Origin: an uncultured Candidatus Poseidoniales archaeon | GTDB taxonomy: Archaea; Thermoplasmatota; Poseidoniia; Poseidoniales; Poseidoniaceae | Length of the DNA stretch: 64,000 nt | Direction of reading: 5' to 3' | Assembly: GCA_963997415.1 (NCBI GenBank) | Contig: CAXEMN010000003.1 | Span: 804-64,803 of the forward strand | The notes under the pieces: model-generated | Databases searched by the model: none | Seen by the model: the letters and a program-made list of their open reading frames with translations, nothing else | Told to the model about the DNA's origin: nothing | In this document: in pieces, positions 58,410-64,000 of the stretch | How positions within the stretch are numbered: the first letter of the stretch is position 1 | Layout of the letters: the number at the start of each line of letters is the position of its first letter | Made by a program: the position numbers and the translations under genes

Positions 58410-59633
58410 TCAGCACGATGGTGCAGTCGCCGTGACCTCGTCAATCCAGTTGACAGCCCTCAACTCACCATAGCCAGAGCGATCGTCGTGAACACCTTCC
58501 TCATGGAGGGGCTCCACTGAATTCATCAGGGCGGTTTTGATCACATCGATGCATGTACCATCGCTCCCTGGCACGGGCTTATACTCAGGGTGGGCTTCTA
58601 ACAGCAAAGCAAGGGCTGCAGTGACAAATACAGTAGCATCAGAAGTCCCGGAGCTGGAATACCAAGCATTGTTGCTTCCAGTGCTTATGATTTGGACACC
58701 AGGTGCAACAACTTCTGGTTTCTGATGGGGGTGAGTTCTCATTTCTCCGTTTCCACGTTCTTGTGAACCCCGTGACGAATTTTCCCAAACTTGACCTTCA
58801 ATGTTTGTTGCCCCAACTGTGATGACGCGAGGGATATTTGCAGGAACCGAAACCAGACCGTCGTCCTCAGAACCACCGTCGTTACCGGCTGCAGCCACAA
58901 CAAAGATTCCAGAGTCAACTGCCCTACGTGTTGCAGAGGCGGTTGCGCCTTCTCGGGTGGCATCGAGGTCTTGCTCACCACCCAATGACAACGAAATGAT
59001 GTCAGCTTCGAATGAATCTTGGCACCATCGTATAGCTTCAGCAACCGTGCGTTCATCCCCGCTATTTCCTCCATCGTCATCTGCACCAAGGGCTGCTGCA
59101 ACCCCGAGTGAGATGCCCGGTGCCGCACCTGTTTGGTGACCATCTGCCACAAGAATGCCTGCCATTAACGTACCATGTGCGATGAGACCATAGTCAACTG
59201 GAGCAGTTGCTGCACCACGAAGATCCTTGAAGGTCAATTCAACACCAGAAAGCGCATCATGCGTGCTGTCGATACCAGTGTCAACCATGCAAACACGCAC
59301 ACCAACCCCTGTGAGTCCGGCATCTGAAGCGTCATTGAGTTGCGTTGTTTCATTCGCCCACTCCGATGTAGGTAGATTCAATTCTACGATGAGAAGGCCA
59401 GAATTCCAAATGGCAAACATAGCGGAAATGAAGATTGCGAACATGAAGCCATTGGCCAGAAGCGCACGTTGACGTCTCCTTCGCTGTATTGGTGCGGCTT
59501 GCAGTGGCGCCCAACCGGTCACTTCCGCTCTCCAAGCACCTTGGAAACCGACTGCTGCGGGGTCAATGGCAGAAAGAATGCGAGCGTCTTCCGGTTCAGG
59601 AAGAAATTCGACATGTTCCAATTCATCCATCAC
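58410..59633 (-). CDS. S8 family serine peptidase with N-terminal membrane anchor
   Basis: VDTG, HGTLMAG, AAAGNDG, KPEVVAPG, SGTSDA; TM helix after RRRRQR. Confidence 0.88.
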   Translation of the reverse strand: MMDELEHVEFLPEPEDARILSAIDPAAVGFQGAWRAEVTGWAPLQAAPIQRRRRQRALLANGFMFAIFISAMFAIWNSGLLIVELNLPTSEWANETTQLNDASDAGLTGVGVRVCMVDTGIDSTHDALSGVELTFKDLRGAATAPVDYGLIAHGTLMAGILVADGHQTGAAPGISLGVAAALGADDDGGNSGDERTVAEAIRWCQDSFEADIISLSLGGEQDLDATREGATASATRRAVDSGIFVVAAAGNDGGSEDDGLVSVPANIPRVITVGATNIEGQVWENSSRGSQERGNGEMRTHPHQKPEVVAPGVQIISTGSNNAWYSSSGTSDATVFVTAALALLLEAHPEYKPVPGSDGTCIDVIKTALMNSVEPLHEEGVHDDRSGYGELRAVNWIDEVTATAPSC

Positions 59634-59698
59634 ATCACCCTACAGGCTACGCCTGTACACCACATCGGGTTGGCGAGTGTATAATGGCTTGTTCCACA

Positions 59699-62600
59699 TC
59701 AGAACCGCTTGGCTCCGCTTCCGCTACGTGAAATCTTGACGCCACCATAGCCGATCAGAATCACAAGCAAAACGATAGCAATGGTTGTCCAAGGTCCATC
59801 TGTACTTTCAGTGACGATGTTGAATTCCACTGCGAAATCGCCATCTTCGACATTGTCAGCAACAAATGCTGCGTCCTCGCCTGCAACTTCAATGTGATAC
59901 TCGAACCGTTGGCTTCCTGCTGCTTTGGCTCCGACATTGAACTCTGCGTTCGATGTGGATTGTGCGCCAATGCTGATGGTGACCGGGTCGTAAACCGTTC
60001 CACTGGATTGGTGAGTTAGAGTCACGATAACGCTGTCTGCGTCAAGGTAGCCAAAGTTCTCAACCGGTATTACAATCTTCGAATTTGGCACGTCAGCAAC
60101 TTGATCACTCGCTAGGATTGCTTGCGCAGGGTCAAAGCGTAGAGAAATCATGGCTTGCTGGAGTTCCACATCGAAGCTTTCGGTCGTCGTACCATCTTCA
60201 CTGGTCACAGTGACGCTCACTGTCTTTGAATCGCCTTGCCATGTGCTTGGGGCGAAGACTGTGAAAGCCTGTGAACGTGTGTCATCCTTTGCAATGGTCA
60301 CCACTGATTCCATTGGCGTGACTTCCCAGCCTTCTGGGATGTTGTCTGCCAGTTGAATCGTGAATGAGTCGTCTCCATTTCCAGTGTTCTGGAGCATGAA
60401 ACTGAATTGGCGGTTTGATCCTGCAGCAATTCCGAGTTCAGTGACTTCTTCTGTAATCTCAAATCCAAAGGTCTGTGGAACTTGAACGTCCACTGCGATT
60501 TCACTTGATTCACCGGTGCTTGTGCTTATTCGAACCTTGACCATGTGCGCATCTTCGAGGTTCCAAGCCTCAGATTGATTCGCCAAGTGAACTCGTGCGG
60601 AAATCGTAGCGGTCTTGTCGACGCTGTCATCAGATGCATTCACACCGATTCCAAGAGTAAGGTCGTAGGATTCAACCCATGCAGTTCCGTTGTAGAATTC
60701 AACGGACCAGAGCGCACTGTCAGGTGCAACACCAATGCTTCCTGTGACGGTGAAAACATCACTGATTTCGGTGCCTTCGTACGCAACATCGAGGTTGAAC
60801 TCAATGGTCTTGTAAGCCTCTGCGAGAGGTTCAGCCATCAAATTCGTGTAGCTGCCATCGATGGTTGTAGCGTTGACAAGTGTGCTGTTTACCATACTCA
60901 AACTGCTGTCAGAATTTTCCGAACGTGTGTACGAGAGGGTCACAGGCGATCGGCCTTCGCCGACTGAAGTTCTGCTACCTGCAATGTAATCCATCTCAAG
61001 CATGTCATCATGCTGAATCGTTGTGAAGGTTGAATCGAAGTCGACATCATCGGCTGGCATGAGAAGAGTCAACGTTCCATCTGCTCCAATAGGCATGTTC
61101 CATACAATGTCGTCACCAATCGAAATGGTCACTTCGACAGGATCTTGAATCATACTCGAACCGTTGTCATCTGAACCTGCGTGGTGTTCGCCAAGTGCAA
61201 AGTCGTTCCAGACTGTATCGAGGTCAATCCATCCGCCAAGCGCCATTTCCATATCGATAGAGGAGCCGGTTGCGATGGTTGCATCGAGGAGTCCAACTGC
61301 GACACCGCCGCCGTTTTCGTCAGCATTTGCTTCAGACACAACAACAATCCATTCACCAGGAGCGATGGTTGCATCCCACGTCAAAACGTCGCCATCCATG
61401 GTACCTGTGATGGTCACAGGATCTCGAACGGCGTCGAGTGTCGGGTAAAGCACGATTGTGGCGCCATCAAGTCGGGAGGCGTCGTTAATGTCTGTGACGT
61501 TACCAGAAACTGCGACGTTTCCAGCGATGACCTCAATGTCATGGGATTCAGGTTCGTTTTCGACTGGGTAAGCGCTTGAGTTGCTCAAGTTGTATGATTC
61601 AGTGTCAAATCCATCCTTGCTTACTGTAACAGTGTAGTTGTCTTCAACAGGTACAAAGAGCGACCAAACACCAGAAGAATCAGTTGACACATTGGTGTCG
61701 ACGCCTGAGCTTGCACCCAGCACTTCAACAAGGAAGCCTTCGACACCCTCAGCCACACCAGGTTCATCGTCTTCGTTCAAATCCCAGAAGACCTTTCCAC
61801 CGATTTCAACTTCAAGATCTGCAGTGACAACACCAAGGTCTAGAGAGCCATTCACAGCATCATCGGTCGAGAATGGGGCGTTGGAAGTGTCCATCATCCA
61901 GTGGCGTTGCGGAGCTGTTTCGTTAAGGAAAAGGCTCCATGTACCCGGCATCATCTGTTCGCTTACCATACCAGTTTCATTGGACTTTGTCAAGGTGATG
62001 TTTCCATATCCATCGTGGCTTACTGCCGTGACGCGAATGTTGCTCATGTTGTTGCCGCTGGCAGTTTCTTGGAGTTGGAACATCACTTCGACTGTTTCCA
62101 CAGTCGCATAGGAGAGGCCAGTCCTTAGGCTGGAATCTTCACCAACGATGAGTCCAGAGCGGAGAACCTCAGTGGCGTTTTCATTGGCGATAAATGGTGC
62201 AACGATTGCGACCCAATCACCAGCAGGGACATAGCCTGAGAAGGTTCCATTCTCATCACTTTCAAGGTTGAAGTACAGGTCTTGGTCTGCCTCATAGAGC
62301 ATGAATTGCTTTTGGATCGCATCACCAGAAGCATTGGTGAGTGTTCCTGTGACCAAGTAATCGTTGCGCAATGGCATGTCCACTGCATCTTCAATCGAGT
62401 CGAGTCCAATCACAAGTGGTTGCAAGGCAGTAACACCACCAAGGGCATAATCGCTTGCGTTTTCACTGTCAGGTGTTGTGAAGTTGAGGAGCACCGAGTA
62501 GGTACCTGGCTCGAGCGTGATGGTGATCACACCAGGAGAGGTGTAGTCATCAGCCGTGTAGTTCATCTGCGTACCATGGTTGTTGAGTGGCACAGCTGAG

Positions 62601-64000
62601 AAGTCTGGGCTCACAAGGGTTCCATTCTCAAAGGAGGCGTCATTACCAGCATCCATGAAGAACTGGAGAGTGACCTCTTGATGAGCTGGGTTTGCAAACA
62701 ATTCAATCGGTGAAGGAGGTGTTCCACTTTCACGAGTGACGTTGAAGTTTTCAACCCCAGCAATGTTGAGTTCTGAATCAATAGCGTTGAAATCCCAGTT
62801 TCCATCTTGCAGGAAGAAGGTGAATTGTCCACCCTCTGTGATCTCTGTGCGCCATTCGAGTCCATCTTCATTGGTTGCAGTCAACGTTTGTGCTGCCCAA
62901 CCTGGCACCAAATTGTCCCACAGGGAAGTGTTATCGTAAAGGTAAACAAATCCATTGGTCGATGTCGCTGGTGCGAGGTACATGATGCCCATGTCCATCT
63001 CAAATTCACCATTAAGAGCAATCAATTGACCGCCCGTGTAGGTGGAGAAGGTGCTGATGGCAGTCATATGGAAGTCTGCACCGTTTGGTAGACGCATGCT
63101 GTAGTTTCCATCGACATCCGTCACGGTTGTGAATTCGAGATCGCCAGCCACAAAGTCAACGGTTAAGCCACTGGCAGGATCGCTTTCGGCCAACTTAATT
63201 TCATCTGTGCCCTGAGCCCACTGATCGTAGTTCGATGCATCCAAGTGGGTTCGTATTGTTCCATTCACCCATGTGGAGACAGCATAGTTGCCATCAAATT
63301 CGAGGTCTTCCTCTTCAAGTTCAAAGTGAGAGAAGAGAATGTATTCTCCGTCAGAATCATCCGACATGGTGTAAGCACCCATTGGTAATTCAATGTACAC
63401 AACACCTGTTTCATCAGATGTAGCGTTAATTGGAGCCATCATTGAATCGTCGTTGGTAAAGGTCACCACTCGGTCAGCAACCGAAATCACAGGCGTCTGT
63501 GTTTCAGAGTCAGTCGGTGCAATAAGTTGAACCGTCACATCGTGCATTTCAGGCACGCCCATACCCATCGAGAAGTTCTCGGAGTCGTCACGAACGAAGA
63601 GGCTCTCATTGACTTCATACCATCCATCGTTGTCAACGTCGACTCGATAGAAGTACTCGCCTGCAGCCAATGGACCATACGAGAAGCTACCGTTTTCATC
63701 TGTGATGATGTGTATAGCATACTCTTCACCAAGGCCTTCGTCGATCAGTTCAATGGTTTCATTGGCGTAGACTTCACCGAAGAAGTCTTCCAATACATCT
63801 TCGAACAACGAACCAGGCATGGTCATCTCAAGATCGTATGAAGGGTTGATTCCAACATCAACAGCGCTAGGAAGGAGCACTTCTTTTCCGTTGTCAAGTT
63901 GAGCAATCATGTTGTACATGCCCGGAACGAGACCAGTAATGTAGAAGGAACCAGGTTGGACCATTGAGCCAGCGAAGTGACCCTTTCCGATGAACAAACC
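59699..64000 (-). CDS. C-terminal part (>1430 aa) of a giant acidic membrane-anchored protein with carboxypeptidase-regulatory-like / Ig-like repeats (5' end outside window)
   Basis: Frame open to the window edge; repeats TDENGSFSY, TDVDGNYSM, SDENGTFSG, TDSSGVWSL; C-terminal TM helix plus short basic tail. Confidence 0.8.
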   Translation of the reverse strand, partial: GLFIGKGHFAGSMVQPGSFYITGLVPGMYNMIAQLDNGKEVLLPSAVDVGINPSYDLEMTMPGSLFEDVLEDFFGEVYANETIELIDEGLGEEYAIHIITDENGSFSYGPLAAGEYFYRVDVDNDGWYEVNESLFVRDDSENFSMGMGVPEMHDVTVQLIAPTDSETQTPVISVADRVVTFTNDDSMMAPINATSDETGVVYIELPMGAYTMSDDSDGEYILFSHFELEEEDLEFDGNYAVSTWVNGTIRTHLDASNYDQWAQGTDEIKLAESDPASGLTVDFVAGDLEFTTVTDVDGNYSMRLPNGADFHMTAISTFSTYTGGQLIALNGEFEMDMGIMYLAPATSTNGFVYLYDNTSLWDNLVPGWAAQTLTATNEDGLEWRTEITEGGQFTFFLQDGNWDFNAIDSELNIAGVENFNVTRESGTPPSPIELFANPAHQEVTLQFFMDAGNDASFENGTLVSPDFSAVPLNNHGTQMNYTADDYTSPGVITITLEPGTYSVLLNFTTPDSENASDYALGGVTALQPLVIGLDSIEDAVDMPLRNDYLVTGTLTNASGDAIQKQFMLYEADQDLYFNLESDENGTFSGYVPAGDWVAIVAPFIANENATEVLRSGLIVGEDSSLRTGLSYATVETVEVMFQLQETASGNNMSNIRVTAVSHDGYGNITLTKSNETGMVSEQMMPGTWSLFLNETAPQRHWMMDTSNAPFSTDDAVNGSLDLGVVTADLEVEIGGKVFWDLNEDDEPGVAEGVEGFLVEVLGASSGVDTNVSTDSSGVWSLFVPVEDNYTVTVSKDGFDTESYNLSNSSAYPVENEPESHDIEVIAGNVAVSGNVTDINDASRLDGATIVLYPTLDAVRDPVTITGTMDGDVLTWDATIAPGEWIVVVSEANADENGGGVAVGLLDATIATGSSIDMEMALGGWIDLDTVWNDFALGEHHAGSDDNGSSMIQDPVEVTISIGDDIVWNMPIGADGTLTLLMPADDVDFDSTFTTIQHDDMLEMDYIAGSRTSVGEGRSPVTLSYTRSENSDSSLSMVNSTLVNATTIDGSYTNLMAEPLAEAYKTIEFNLDVAYEGTEISDVFTVTGSIGVAPDSALWSVEFYNGTAWVESYDLTLGIGVNASDDSVDKTATISARVHLANQSEAWNLEDAHMVKVRISTSTGESSEIAVDVQVPQTFGFEITEEVTELGIAAGSNRQFSFMLQNTGNGDDSFTIQLADNIPEGWEVTPMESVVTIAKDDTRSQAFTVFAPSTWQGDSKTVSVTVTSEDGTTTESFDVELQQAMISLRFDPAQAILASDQVADVPNSKIVIPVENFGYLDADSVIVTLTHQSSGTVYDPVTISIGAQSTSNAEFNVGAKAAGSQRFEYHIEVAGEDAAFVADNVEDGDFAVEFNIVTESTDGPWTTIAIVLLVILIGYGGVKISRSGSGAKRF

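Noticed and set aside
1-64000. tRNA, rRNA, IS elements, integrases, provirus, recoding (Sec/Pyl, frameshift)
   Set aside because: Intergenic gaps are short and none showed a cloverleaf or terminal repeats by eye; no interrupted genes were seen. A small ncRNA could have been missed without a covariance-model search.

Overview
Archaeal chromosomal segment of roughly 50% GC. Gene content points to Marine Group II / Ca. Poseidoniales (Thermoplasmatota): archaeal type II GAPDH, Rpp21, ArcS, S15/S13e, archaeal GluRS and PheT, DnaJ, bacterial-type Adk, and many giant acidic membrane-anchored proteins. About 39 protein-coding genes are densely packed, and the first and last run off the window edges. 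I saw no rRNA, tRNA, CRISPR array, transposase or integrase. The left half is mostly housekeeping genes interspersed with secreted proteins. The right half (about 33.8-64 kb) is dominated by cell-surface genes: four 1400-1900 aa proteins, a three-gene pilin-like operon, proteases and a wHTH-STAND-TPR protein. Most notable observations: (1) a near-identical Trp-rich C-terminal tail (LPxGWTxEQWxHxGxQ) behind a TM helix and Pro-rich linker on two otherwise unrelated giant surface proteins, suggesting a shared cytoplasmic docking or sorting system; (2) a non-canonical TATA-like box 28-29 nt upstream of many start codons; (3) a pyroglutamyl peptidase-NUDIX fusion; (4) a catalytically eroded GAN/Cdc45-like gene beside rps15; (5) a degenerate glutamate-synthase-domain fusion; (6) an AT-rich operator-like repeat array. 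All assignments come from motif recognition by eye; no database search was run. Many starts were moved from the ORF track to a downstream start codon, using promoter and SD positions.
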